A stretch of 64,000 nt of DNA from Mustelus asterias. Taxonomy: Eukaryota. The notes under the pieces are model-generated. The model was not told the origin of the DNA. It saw only the letters and a list, made by a program, of their open reading frames with translations, and did not search any database. Every line of letters begins with the position of its first letter. Position 1 is the first letter of the stretch. The stretch covers positions 109,306,001 through 109,370,000 of the forward strand of contig NC_135809.1 in the NCBI RefSeq assembly GCF_964213995.1. The letters run 5' to 3'. Below are positions 39,823-52,149 of the stretch, one piece after another. A program made the position numbers and the translations under genes.

Positions 39823-40203
39823 CAGTAATGTCTAGAGTTATTTCTTTCTTCTCCACACTCTTAGTGCATTCGTGTTGTACTTCACAGATATACTTTGTGC
39901 CCTGGTCTTGAAGTATATCTGGCATAATAGTTAGGATACTGGTGATGCCATATGATTTGTCTTCATATTCAACCTCACTTATTTGATGGTCACACTTCCG
40001 CATCATCCCATGGTCAGGAGCAACTATTGTTCTGTTGTTCTGATCCAAACGAACAATTTCTTTCAACTCACCATTCATCCTCATTTGTTGCCATATTATC
40101 GTTAATGGTTTTGGTTTAAATCCAATGACTGAACAAGCCAAGGAGATAAGTTCATTATGATGAGTGTGCAGTGGCACCACAATGTTTGAAACTTTTGGTG
40201 GGA
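39823..40203 (-). CDS. Gene 2 exon: post-TM Ig C1 domain D2
   Basis: Acceptor ttcccaaag|, donor |gtatgt, 381 nt. LACSVIGFKPKPLTIIW..EVEYEDKSYGITSIL..YICEVQHE; clear paralog of gene 1 D2. Confidence 0.88.
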
Positions 40204-40445
40204 CTTTGGGAACAAAAAACAAAACAGAAAACAGTCAACTATTTAATCCAAAATAATTTTCAGCATTAATAAGAGTGAGAAAATACTATTTCACAGGTGA
40301 AATCCTCCATAATTTGGAGACCACAGATGGCAGATCTGCCTTATTACTATTCAGCACATGTCACTTCATATATTCAAAGACACAAGTTAACAAAATAAAT
40401 CCAGACTGGATTCAAAGAGCATTAATAATAATGTTCATGATTTAC

Positions 40446-40871
40446 CTCCTCTAACATCCAGTGTTACAGATTTCACAGCAGGTTGTGCACAGGTTTTATG
40501 GTGAACGTGGAAAATTAATTCAGCCCCATTATCTCTGAATACATCAGGATACATTTTGATATCGCCCTGTACTTGGAAGGTTCCATCTCCGTTATCAGAA
40601 AATACTGGCTGCAATGGCCGAAAGGATGGGTCTTCTTCTTTGCCATTGATAAGAAGCTGCACTTCATTGGTTGTATCTCTGGGTGCTGAACTGGTTCTGT
40701 TCTCTGGGCTATGCCATTCAAAAATCTTTTTTTCTGTTTGATCCCCCATCCTCTTCACGAATAAATGAATTGCAATGTTCCGAGGTTTAAATCGATGAAT
40801 TAGGTAACTGGTGATGACTTCTTCTGAATGGCGAATGATGGAAGGTTTGCTCATAATAATTTCTGGAGGAT
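40446..40871 (-). CDS. Gene 2 exon: post-TM Ig-like domain D1 (both canonical Cys and the C-strand Trp absent)
   Basis: Acceptor ttttattag|, donor |gtaaat, 426 nt. Collinear with gene 1 D1 (SKP, IFEW/IFQW, NGDGT/NSDGS, YPDVFRDNGA/WPDMYKDDGA, LDVRG/LKVEG). Confidence 0.82.
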
Positions 40872-40989
40872 CTAATAAAACAAAATAAAACTTAATTTAA
40901 ACACTCATTTGTTGACTCTTATTTTCTTGCTCGGCCACAGGCTGAGTGAAGTATATATAGAAGACATTATACTTTGTGTATCTACACAG

Positions 40990-41179
40990 TAAGAAGTCTC
41001 ACAACACCAGGTTAAAGTCCAACAGGTTTATTTGGAATCACGAGCTTTCGGAGCATTGCCCCTTCATCAGGTGAGTGGTACTCAAGCTCGTGATTCCAAA
41101 TAAACCTGTTGGACTTTAACTGGTGTTGTGAGACTTCTTTCTGGACCTACCCCAGTCCAACGCCGGCATCTCCACATCA
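40990..41179. mobile_element. Penelope terminal-repeat remnant with inverted duplication
   Basis: Inverted arms; TSD tatctacacag at 40979-40989 and 41180-41190. Confidence 0.8.
41038..41074 (-). ncRNA. Minimal type I hammerhead ribozyme motif in a Penelope repeat
   Basis: Minus strand tcac-CTGATGA-aggggcaatgctcc-GAAA-gcT-C-gtga: stem I tcac/gtga, a stem II hairpin, and a palindromic AGCT stem III. Confidence 0.6.
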
Positions 41180-41689
41180 TATCTACACAGGACAGGGATT
41201 TCAGTTAGGTTGTGCTGCTTTATTACACCCCTACCCTGTAAGGCATTTCAGCCAAAGACGACCAAAGCCGTGCAAATTGCAATCAGTGGAAATTGAATTT
41301 CTGTGACCTTTTTGTGCTCGTTCAGAAAGTTATGTGTTAAAGCTGGCCCCAGGCACAAAATTGGCTATGGCCCAAGATCAAGTTAATCACCGCACCCAAG
41401 CTCCGCTACTACCAGTCATCTGTTTGGCTTCAAGGAAGATCTTAAAATTAAGAATAAATAGAAACTCAACAGGTCCTGCAGCATCTGTGGAGGGAGAGTC
41501 AGTGCCTCAGGTCAGTGATCCCTCCAAATCAGCCAGATCTGCTGAGAGTTTCCAGCATTTTAATGTTTCTACTTCCAGCATCCACAGTATATTGCTTTTC
41601 TTTTAAAATTAGCCTTATTTTGCCACAAGAACACCAATAGTCACATTTTAAAAGTTTTGAATAGTATTTTTATTTTAATTTAATAAGGG

Positions 41690-43270
41690 GGAGATCAAAA
41701 TTAGTAGAGAAATGGTACTAGGAAAGTTGAAGGTATCGAAGGCGGATAAATCCCCAGGGCCTGATAATCTACATCCCAGAGTACTTAAGGAAGTGGCTCT
41801 AGAAATAGTGGATGCATTAGTGGTCATCTTCCAGGATTCTATAGACTCTGGAACAGTCCCTGCAGATTGGAGGGTAGCAAATGTCATTCCAATATTCAAA
41901 AAGGGAGGTAAAGAGAAAACAGGGAATTATAGACCAGTAAGCTTAACATCGGTAGTGGGGGAAATTCTCAAATCCTTTATCAAGGATCAGACAGAGTCAG
42001 CATGGATTTATGAAGGAGAAATCATGCTTGACAAATCTGTTCGAATTCTTTGAAGATGCAACTAGTAGAGTTGACAAGGGGGAACCAGTAGATGTGGTAT
42101 ATTTGGACTTTCAAAAAGCGTTTGACAAAGTCTCACAAAAGAGATTATCGTGCACGATTAAAACACATGGGATTGGAGGAAGTGTATTGAGATGGATAGA
42201 AAACTGGTTGGCAGAGAGGAAACAAAGAGTAGGAATTATGGTTGCTTTTCAAATTGGCAGGCAGTAATTAGTGGGGTGCCACAGGGATCGATGCTGGGAC
42301 CCCAGCTATTCACAATATATATTAATGATTTGGATGAGGTGACAAAATGTAACATCTCAAAGTTTGCAGATGATACCAAGTTGGGTGGGAGGGTGAACTA
42401 TAACGAGGATGCAGAGATCCTTCAGAATGATCTGGACAGGTTGGGTGAGTGGGCTAATCAATGGCAGATGCAGTATAATTTGGATGAAGTGTGAGGTTAT
42501 TCACCTTGGAAGCAAAAACAAGAAGGCAGATTACTATCTGAATGACTGTAAATTGGGAGAGGGGAGTGCAGTGGGACCTGGGTGTCCTTGTGCACCAGTC
42601 ACTGAAGGCAAGCATGCGGGTGCAGCAGGCGGCAAAGTGGGCAAATGGCATATTGCCCTTCATTGCAAGAGGTTTTGAGTACAGGAGCAGGGATGTGCTG
42701 TTGCAACTATACAGGGCCTTGGTGAGGCCACACCTAGAGTATTGTGTGCAGTTTTGGTCTCCATTCCTGAGGAAGGATGTTCCTGCTCTCGGAGGAGTAC
42801 AGCAAAGGTTTACCAGCCTGATTCTGGGGATGGTAGGACTGATGTATGAGGAGAGATTGACTAGGTTAGGATTGTTTTCCTTGGAGTTCAGATGAATGAG
42901 TGGGGATCTGATAAAGACTTATAAAATTCTAACAGGTCTAGACACGATGGACGCAGGGAGGGTGTTCCCGATGGTGGGGGAGCCCAGAACCAGGGGTCAT
43001 AGTCTGAGGATTCAGGATGGAGGTGAGGAGACATTTCTTTACCTAAAGAGTGGCGAGCCTTTGGAATTCATTACCACAAGAAGTAGTTGATGCCAAAACA
43101 TTGAATGCATTCAAGAGGCGGCTGGAGATAGCACCTGGGGCAAATGGGATCAAAGGTTATGGGGAAAAAGCAGGATTAGGTTACTGAGTTGGATGATCAG
43201 CCATGATCTTAGTGAATGGCGCAGCAGGCTCGAAGGGCCAAATGGCCTCCTCTTGCTCCTATCGTCTATG
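41690..43270 (+). mobile_element. CR1 LINE, 5'-truncated, frameshifted RT
   Basis: SPGPDNLHPRVLKE, NYRPVSLTS, YLDFQKAFDKV, GVPQGSMLGP, FADDTKLG, LVRPHLEYCVQFWSP. Confidence 0.93.
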
Positions 43271-43722
43271 TAAACAATTACTGTACATCAATAAAACTAG
43301 CAAACAGTTCTGTATGTTTTAAAAGTATTTTTCAGTTATTTCAAATCATTTCAGTTGCAGGACACGTTAAAAATACATATTTTTTTGAAATTCACAGCAG
43401 ACAGCTGTAATTACATGAACTGCAGTAAGTTTCCTAGTTATATCCTGAAATATGAAAGTGGTGCTAGAGAACAGAGGATTTGCAAATGATATGCCCTTGG
43501 TCAATAAAAAGGTGTACGGATAAATGCTGCAATTGCAGTCTAGTCAGTTCAACCAGAGTGATAAGGAAACTTTTAGAAATTATTTTCCAAGACAAAAACT
43601 GTTGGATAAATGTGGATTAATCAAGAAAAACTAACACGGAATTGGTAAAGGCAAATTACGGTTTAACTAACTTATTTTGAGGCGAAGACGGAGAGGATTG
43701 ATGAAAGGAATGGAGGTGCTCT

Positions 43723-46548
43723 TGTTATAATGCAGCCAGTGATAACATTGGATCTGTTATAATGTAACCAATGGTAACATGCTGTGAGGGTCAGCTGACC
43801 AGGTAGACATTGTAACCAATGACAGAATGATATGACCAGCTGACCCAGTATAAATAAGAAGCTGATGGGAATTGTGGGAAGCTTGTATGATCCAGGGTGT
43901 GGCCCCAAGTGTTACAGTAATGAAGTTTCTTTATTAAACCTTTTTCTTTGATTTATTTTCTGAAGTTAGTTCTTTTATTGCTTGCAACTGAAGTACCCCT
44001 ATTGCTGGATGATCAGTGGTAGCATTGATTTGAAGCATGACAAAGCTGTGGTATTTGGAAGATGTGTAGATCTACATTTTACGAGATCAGGTCACAATTG
44101 CCTTCCCTTACGTGAACTGAAAATGTCTAAGGATTCATGACAAGCATTAGCTCCATTTTCTCTACACATCTGAATGCCATGCACGCAGAGAGAAAGGCCT
44201 TCATTAAGGTTGAGGTTTCAGAATGGATAAGACGAGTCCTAAGGCATCGCATAAGACCGTTGGGGGTACAGTTTGAAAAAGGTGATATGGTCTACTATAA
44301 AAGAGAGAGGGCCTAAAAGAGTGGAATGGGCAAAGGAAAGTGATAGGGATGGATGGCAAGGTAGTCATACTACAACATGGTAACCAGACGTGCAAACCCA
44401 CTCTTTGAGAGTAGTAGAAATTGATTATGAATTTGGAGCATCTGAACAAGATGTGGAAATACAAGAAGTACCTTGTACCTCACATACACACACCTTGAGC
44501 AACTATGATGATCAGACGGCTATAGATGAGGAGGAATCTGATGATCAGCTAAGTAACAGTGAAGCAGAGGATGAAGCGGTTACTTCAAAGGTTCAGTTAC
44601 CCAAAGTGGGCACAATGGTATCATACATACCCAAAGGGTCAAGTGAGTGGAGGGATGCCACCATAATCAGAAGAGCAGGAAAGTATAAACATTGGTGCAA
44701 CATCCAAGAGCAAAGGCAAAAAGTGAAAGCTATAGTTTGGAAAGATGGAAGCCAGAAAAGTGAGATTTAAGTTCTGAGTATGAGACAGTGAGCACTTGTA
44801 AACCCAGGAAAGAGTCACGAATCTGTGACGGAAGTTGTGTTCACAGAGAATGGCGGCCTGAAGAGTAGCAGCCCTGACAGGGACAGACACTATAGTAGAG
44901 GCTGGAGCTTAATGAGGAAGGCTAGGAATCAAACAATAACAGTAATACGAGCAAAAGTCCCCATGATAGAGAAGTGTTGGTGGCTGCCAATAAAATGGAG
45001 CTCATGGAAATACGAGGCCAAAGAGAATTGGACAGTTGGAAAGAGTTTGGGGTGTACACCAAGGTACCAGATGAAGTGCAGTCTACTTTATCCATTGGTG
45101 GGTTTGGACAGAGAATTTTGCAAGATGGGACTTATAAAGCAAAAGCCAGATTAGTAGCCTGTGGGTATGAGGAACACTTGGAGAGGAAAGATTAGGATTG
45201 ATTCACCCACAGCAGGGAAAGTGACACTGACCAAAGCAGCATTTCTGCAGAGTGAAACATTTCAAGGAAAAGTTTTTTGAAGCCACCCAAAGAAGCAGGT
45301 AATACACAGGGATGGTTGTGGATACTGAATAAATGCACATATGAATTAAGTGATGCATCAAGGGTTTGGTATTTTTGTGTACGATCTGCACTGCTGAAAA
45401 CTGGCTGTGTCCAGCTAAAAGCAGATCCTGCAATGTTCTATTGGAAGTATGAAGGAAAAGTGGCTGGAATTCTTGTGATGCGTATTGATGTCTTCCAATG
45501 GGGTGGCACAGAAGAGTTTGAAAAAAGGGTAATTAATAGGCTGAAGACAGAATTTAAAGTAGGGAGTCCAGCAGCTGGTGCTTTTCGATATCTCAGTCTT
45601 GATGTCTGACAAAGCAAATCTGAGTTAATGAAGAATCATTAGGGACTGATCCTATTCCCATAACCAGAGAAAGGTCAATGGAAAAATAGGAACCGGCCAA
45701 TGAAAAAGAAACAGAATTGTTGAGGACAGTTAAATTGGCAACGCACACAGACAAGAATGGATGGAAGCTATAATGTCCTAGAGCTAAGTAATATGTTGAG
45801 GCACACTTCAGTCCGAGACATCTTGCAGGCAAATAAAGCTTTGAGGAATGTGTAATTAAATTCCCAGCCCTGGGAGAACCAGAGGACATAAAGTTAGTTG
45901 TGTTTGATGATGCTTCACCTGCCAATCCACCAGATGGACATTCGAGCAGTGCCAGATTCATAATATTCTTCGTAGGTAACGAAGGAAAATGTTGCCCCTT
46001 GGCCTGGGAAGTAAAGAAAATAAAAAGGGTCGACAAAAGTATGTTGTACGTGTTAGTGGAGGTGTTGGATATGGGGATATATTTGTCTGACACATTAAGA
46101 GTTATTTTTCATGGCAACATTGGGAAAAAAAGGTGCCAATTGAGTGTTATGTGGACAATGTTGACTGAACAAAAAATGGAACAGAAAAGTGACTGAGAAT
46201 TGATTTGGCCAGCATTAAACAAGAAGGTTTCAAATCTCAACTGGGTTGGTGCAAATCTACAGTTATCCGACTGTTTTACTAAGAGGTGCAGGTGCTGGAA
46301 AGTTGTTAGGGATACAGGAGGATGGTTACTTTAAATTAATTTGAGAAGGGGAAAAAAAGGGGAATCTGTCATAATGTGGAATAACAAAATGATGTGGTCA
46401 GCTGACCCAATATAAATAAGAAGCAGATGGGAATTGTGGGAAGATGGTGTGGCCCCAAGTGTTGAAGTTTCTTTATTAAACTTTTTTCTTTCATTTACTT
46501 TCTGAAGTTAGTTTTATTGCTTGAAGTACCCCTAATGACGAATGAACA
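43723..46548 (+). mobile_element. Decayed Ty1/Copia (GalEa-like) LTR retrotransposon, internally deleted
   Basis: Related LTRs at 43723-44015 and 46367-46548, PBS tggtagca at 44017, PPT at 46343-46364. Integrase C-terminus precedes RT (KARLVACGYEE, DASRVWY, DPAMF) and RNase H (DAS..PLAW, QLSDCFTK). Confidence 0.8.
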
Positions 46549-46549
46549 A

Positions 46550-49500
46550 TGTATAATTGTCAGTGTTAGGAATGGGTTAACAGCAAGCTTCCACTTGAGA
46601 CCTAATTTGTATGTTAATTGTTTAATAGTAGTCACTGGGATATATAAAGGGGGTTACAGGTGGCACTGGATATTGGATGTGTATGTGGAGTTGAATCAGA
46701 AAATAAAGTTAGTTTATGAAGAAGCAGGACTTGCATTTTCTTTTACTGGACTGCAAGTGAGAGGCTCAACATTGGTAGCAGAGAATGGTTGCTGGTTCCA
46801 AGTAAAGGGCTGCAAGTTCTGACATTCTCAAGGGAAAAGAAAGCCTTGACTCAGCATTCCAATTAATGAAGGAGTGACTGGGAGACAACAAAATGACTGA
46901 ACCTAGAGTAAAAGTGTCAGGATATGACTATCCACCATGCTCTGGAAAATTTTGGCAGATAGACCAAATTGCAAGTTAAATTCAGCCTTGGCATGAGAGG
47001 TACATGCAAAGAATTTGTTGCAGATGGCTGGGGGTTATAGTCCGTATCAATTAGTGGTTGGTAGAAGTCCGAAAATTCCATCTATTTTGAATGACCAGCC
47101 TCCAGCTTGGGAAGGGATTACAATTAGCTCTGCCTTTGCTGAGCATTTAAATGAACTGCATACAAGTAGAAGAGCATTTTTGGAAGCAGAAGTCTCTGAA
47201 AGAATTTGCAGAGCATCAAGGCACAATGTATGGGCATCAAACACTGTTTTTCAGCAAGGGGACATAGTATACTATAAGGGATAATTTCAATGAATGGAAA
47301 TCTATGCCCATAACAATAGATAGCAAAACAATTGTTTTGCAACATGGTAATCAAACTATTGGGGTACATTCATCAAGAATAATGGGTACAGATTACAAAT
47401 TGGCAAATTTAGAAAGAGTAGGCCAACATGATGAGGAACCAGGATCATCTGATACATAATTCTGTAACATGAGTGTAAGTTAGCTGAAACAGACAGGCTA
47501 TCTGTAGAGGAACACAATACTTCTGATGAAATAGAACCGGCCATTTTTCCTAAAGGACAACTTCCAAAAGTTGGTGCAAAAGTGACATACTTGCCTGAAG
47601 GGTTCAGTCAATGGAAGGATGCAACTGTGATTAGTAGAGCAGGGAAGACCACTGGAAAGTATAAACATTGGCTGAATGTACAGAATACAGGGGAGGATGT
47701 CAGGACCATGGATTGGGAACACTAAGTTCAAAAATGGAATGCATAGAAACGTAGTGTCAGTTCAGACGATAGTGAATGTGATCACAGGAAGAGATTGAGA
47801 ACCTCTCAACAGGAGGGAAAGATCAAGCAGTGGTAGTTCAGAACGCGATATCAAGAAGGATAGGGGACATAGCTTGACAAGGTCTTGGAGTATGGGTAAG
47901 ACTACGAACGCTACTAGGAGTAGAAGCCCGCATGCTCGTGAGGTTTTGGTGGCTTCCAATAAATTGTATGAAAATGTTTCAAACTATGTTGAACTGCATA
48001 GTTGGAGTGAATTTAGGGTATACACGGAGATACCAGATAGGGGTGTTGTGAAGTTGCATATGTAAGGTTAAAATGTGGTGTTTGACAAATGTAAATAGTG
48101 AAAAGAAATGCTAAAATCAAAAGAAGGAATCATATAGCATTGTCACCTTTTTTAAAAAAAATGGTATCTTTTGAGTGGATTTTAAATTGCAGGCTGCAGA
48201 AGCAGGTCGTTGCAACAATTGTATCAAAACCTCGCAGTCAGGGTTCCAACCTAACCAAAACAGGCTTTTGAATTGGACCAATGAATTTAAAGCAAGCACA
48301 TAGTGACACAACCAATGGAATTCAAATGTGAGAATTGACAGCCTCAAGCCACTCAGATCACAGGAATACTGGGGTAATTCCAGGCATATAAACCCAGACA
48401 AGAGGGGTAACTGTCAGAGTATGCTTGCTACCTACTGAGTCAGAAGGAGGGTAGGCAAAACTGGCATGTAAATCCTGCAGTTTCATATGTCTTCACAAAA
48501 TTATCTAAATAGAGAGAGAGAGACCAACTCAAAGTATTCTAGATGTGAGCATTACCGGAGAAAGTTTGTACTTCTAAAAGACGCTTGTTTGTATTTTAGT
48601 TGAGTGACTGAATTCTGTAACGATTTATTTCATTGTTGCTGAGGGAGTCTTGTGCCTGAACAGCATTCTATTGGGATTTTATTCCATTTGTTAATTTGTT
48701 TTAAGGTTGTCACCAGCTTTAAAAATAAAGACCTGTTAATTGTTCGTAGAGTATCAGATCCTGCTTTAATTTACCAAAACAAATAACTTCCTACTACCTC
48801 ACACATACATGTACAAGATTACGAGGCGAGGTATATCCCTTTGGGTGGTTCTAAAATTGTGCAGAGGGGAAAAAATCATCTCCACATCGTAACAGGGGAC
48901 AAAGAGCTCTATCTCACAGATGGATTTGCATGGAAAAGCTGCTTCCTGATGGAGCTTGTAAGGCAAAAGGCCAGGCTTGTAGCAAGGGGATTTGAAGAAA
49001 ATTTAGACCAGGAGATAAGGATGGCTTCATCCATGGTAGGAAAGGTTATTTTAAAGATCTTCTTGGCTCTGTTAGCTACAAAGGCCTGGGAATGCAAATC
49101 TATTGATATCAAAGTTGCCTTTTAGCAGGGGCAGCAGCTTCAGAGAGACATTTTTCTCCATCCTCCCAAAGAGGCAGCTAACACTGAAGGGATACTCTGG
49201 AAGTTAAATAGATGTGTATATTTTTTGGTACAGTCAGTTTTGTTAAAGTTAGGCTGAAAACAGACCCTGCGATGTTTTACTGGCACTATGGAGGAAAGCT
49301 TTCTGGTATCTTTATGATGCATGTCGATTTTTTTTTTTGTGGGGTGGTAGTAGTAGTGATTTTAGAAGCTATTGTGATTTCTGGGCTGAGGAAGGAATCC
49401 AAGGTTGGAAGTCAGGTTTCAAGGGCTTTCAGATATATTGGGCTGGAAATTGGACAGACTGAGTCAGGTGAGACTTTACGTTAGCAATCTTATTTGGAGA

Positions 49501-49820
49501 GTATCAGCCCAATTGCAATTAGTGGCAGTAGGGCTTCACAAAAGGATATGGTGGTTTCTAAAATGGAAAGAGGAGCTCCGAAGTTTGGGCAACTGAATTG
49601 GCTAGGTAGTCAGACCAGACTGGACATTTAGTTTTGATGTCCTAGAGTTGAGTATCAAAATGAATCTCCCTATGGTGGAAGACATAATGAGAGCAAACAA
49701 AACGTTGGCCAAACTAAAATGCAGGAGTGTGTTTTCAGGTTCCCATCTTTGGGGAATCTTAGGCACCTGAAACTCAGTTTATAGTGATGCATTCTATACC
49801 AATTTATGTGATGGGTTTTC
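46550..49820 (+). mobile_element. Second decayed Copia (GalEa-like) element
   Basis: LTR-like segment ending CA at 46771. PBS tggtagcagagaatgg is complementary to the tRNA-iMet 3' end. GYSPYQLVVG, KARLVARGFEE, DIKVAF, MHVD motifs. Confidence 0.78.
48044..48894. mobile_element. Solo LTR inserted in the second Copia element
   Basis: TGTT...AACA termini with a 4-bp GGGG TSD. Removal restores RT-region coding DRGQRALSHRW. Confidence 0.75.
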
Positions 49821-50655
49821 AAGCCACAATCAGACCAGACATGATGGTACTGAATGGGCTCAAGGGGCAAGAGCAGGGAGTGGAACTATCTCCTGTAGAG
49901 ACCCAGAATGGACCCGATAAGCCAGATCTTTTCTATATTGTAACCATTTTATAATTAAGTTAGTCATTTGGCAGTACTGAACTTCCATGTTGCTGAAAAA
50001 GAAATACATTTTTACTGAAGATTTTCATCTTGCACTCATCAGGATAATTTTCAAGAATACCAAATGTAAAGTGAACCACAATGAGATGAGATGCTGATTG
50101 GTTGACAAGTGGACTCTTGACCGGTAGAGACACTTCCATGGAGAATGCATCAGTTAATGGTGACTGCCAAGCACCACTGCACTGGCACAGAAATTCATAT
50201 ACCATGATATTCATTTGTGATGGGCAGAATGTCTCTTTGACTTGATGGCAGCATCCTGTTAGTGGTGTTGCTAAACTACTATGCGTAACATGAAGGAATA
50301 TTAAAGCCAAACTGTGCTGGTTAATGACAGCGCTTTACATTTGACAATATGAAAATTCATTACTGTCAGAACACTGGGGTGTGATTTGCAGCCAGATTGC
50401 CCATCAGAGCTAAATGTTAACTCCAGGTTACTTTTTCTAACTGTGCTGGACAACGTGCTGGGTACACAAACACAAGGATTATTACGGGAAAAACATGCAA
50501 TAAGCAGCCAAAGAATGACGAGAACAAGGTCCACTCAAATACATAGTCACTGAACAATAAAAAGGTTTCACCAGTATATACATTACCTTGTCGAAATTTG
50601 TGCCAACAGCAAATTGCAGTGAGAAACAGGGTACATGTGTGCAGTGTACCAATTA

Positions 50656-51231
50656 TTATTTTTTAATCCAATCAAGTCCAATTCAGAGTCTCAACAAGTG
50701 AGACATTCCTGATCCAAGCTGACAAGGCAGGGCTCTCACCTCCTGTCTTGGGCTTGATCTACATGATCCAAGCTGATTGGGGTAGGCATTGCACCTCCTC
50801 CAAGGCTCCAGGGTCCCGGGTTCGATTCCCGGCTCGGGTCACTGTCTGTGTGGAGTTTGCACATTCTCCTCGTGTCTGCGTGGGTTTCCTCCGGGTGCTC
50901 CAGTTTCCTCCCACTGTCCAAAGATGTGCGGGTTAGGTTGATTGGCCAGGTTAAAAATTGCCCCTTAGAGTCCTGAGATGCTTAGGTTAGAGGGATTAGT
51001 GGGTAAATATGTGGGGGTAGGGCCTGGGTGGGATTGTGGTCGGTGCAGACTCGATGGGCCGAATGGCCTCCTTCTGCACTGTAGGGTTTCTGTGATTCTG
51101 TGAAGGCTTGATCTCATTTGCATCTTAGCCAAAAGGCCGAGATGCCGCTTTTAAAAATTGCTTCAAACGACTTCAACCAAGTACAGCATGTCGATACTAC
51201 ACTTGATCTTAGCCAAAAGGCCAAGAAGCCA
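50656..51231 (-). mobile_element. U2 snRNA-headed SINE-like retroposon (older, divergent copy with a nested HE1 SINE)
   Basis: Head matches U2 through ..AAGTGTAGTATC, and the body is related but divergent. Left TSD gcagtgtaccaatta at 50641-50655. Confidence 0.8.
50808..51102 (+). mobile_element. HE1-like V-SINE (5'-truncated) nested in the U2-headed element
   Basis: Near-identical to 18478-18773; aaggct duplicated at 50802-50807 and 51103-51108. Confidence 0.85.
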
Positions 51232-51246
51232 GCAGTGTATCAATTA

Positions 51247-51549
51247 TTTTTTTTTAATACTTTTCCAATTCAATCAAATCAAATCCAATTCAGAGTCTCA
51301 ACAAGTTGAGACATTTCCGATCCAGGCTGACAAGACAGGGCGGGCGACTAAACCACCCTGTCCTGGGCCCGATCTACATGAGCCAAGCTGATTGGTTCCT
51401 CCTCCAAGACTTGGGCTCATTTGCATCTTAGCTTTTAAAAATTGCTTCATATGAAACATATGAAGCCTCAGCGTAACCTAATGACCTCAACCAAGTGCAG
51501 CATCCTCTCCATGCTACACTTGATCTTAGCCAAAAGGCCGAGAAGCGAT
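51247..51549 (-). mobile_element. U2 snRNA-headed SINE-like retroposon (younger copy in TM exon A)
   Basis: U2 5' end at 51549, body matches 37133-37476, poly(A) at 51247. TSD gcagtgtatcaatta at 51232-51246 and 51550-51564. Confidence 0.85.
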
Positions 51550-52149
51550 GCAGTGTATCAATTATACTTATAACAACTGCTGAATATTCCTCAGGCTCTG
51601 AAAGTTGAAAAAGAAATACAGAAGCATTTAGACTAAAATTGCCACAATAAACTGTCACTTGCACAAAACGTGGTCTGGTTTGCTCCATTTCTTTTAAATC
51701 ATAATTTAAGATACTCGAGTCTTTAAGGAATCTGAAATGACAGACCTGTGCTGTTAACAAACTCTCTAAATAGCCCAGAAATGCGGTGAACCACACTCCT
51801 TTAGCACCAATGAAAATAAGCTGCAATTACCCATGACCCAGAGAGGTATTTACTGTAATTTCATAGGTCAGTTCATTTGCATGCATATTGGAGTGGTGAA
51901 AATAAGAATAATGGAAATTAGAGTAAAGATTTTTAAAAGACAGTTTTAACCAAAGACTGCAGCAGGCAAATAAGGAACTATGGTCAACTTCGGCCTGAAC
52001 TTGCACAGTGACAGAGATCCTTTCTTCCTGATCTGAAAATATTGCCCCCAAATGTGGCATTTTCATGCAGGGTAGGGTAGGGTGGGTGGGGCGGAGGTGC
52101 AGACAGGTCCCATATTGAACATCTAGGGTTAACTGAAGCAGCTCGCATG

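Larger units (their letters stand above)
50587..51597 (-). pseudogene. Gene 2 transmembrane exon, copy A, split by ~0.9 kb of retroposon insertions
   Basis: Removing 50641-51549 restores a 102-nt phase 1-1 exon, EPEEYSAVVISII(G/D)TLHTCTLFLTAICCWHKFRQ, with the same acceptor and donor context as copy B. Confidence 0.8.

Noticed and set aside
51428-51826. 132-aa ORF as an intact membrane protein
   Set aside because: It is a composite of intron, the 5' half of TM exon A and the inserted U2-headed element.
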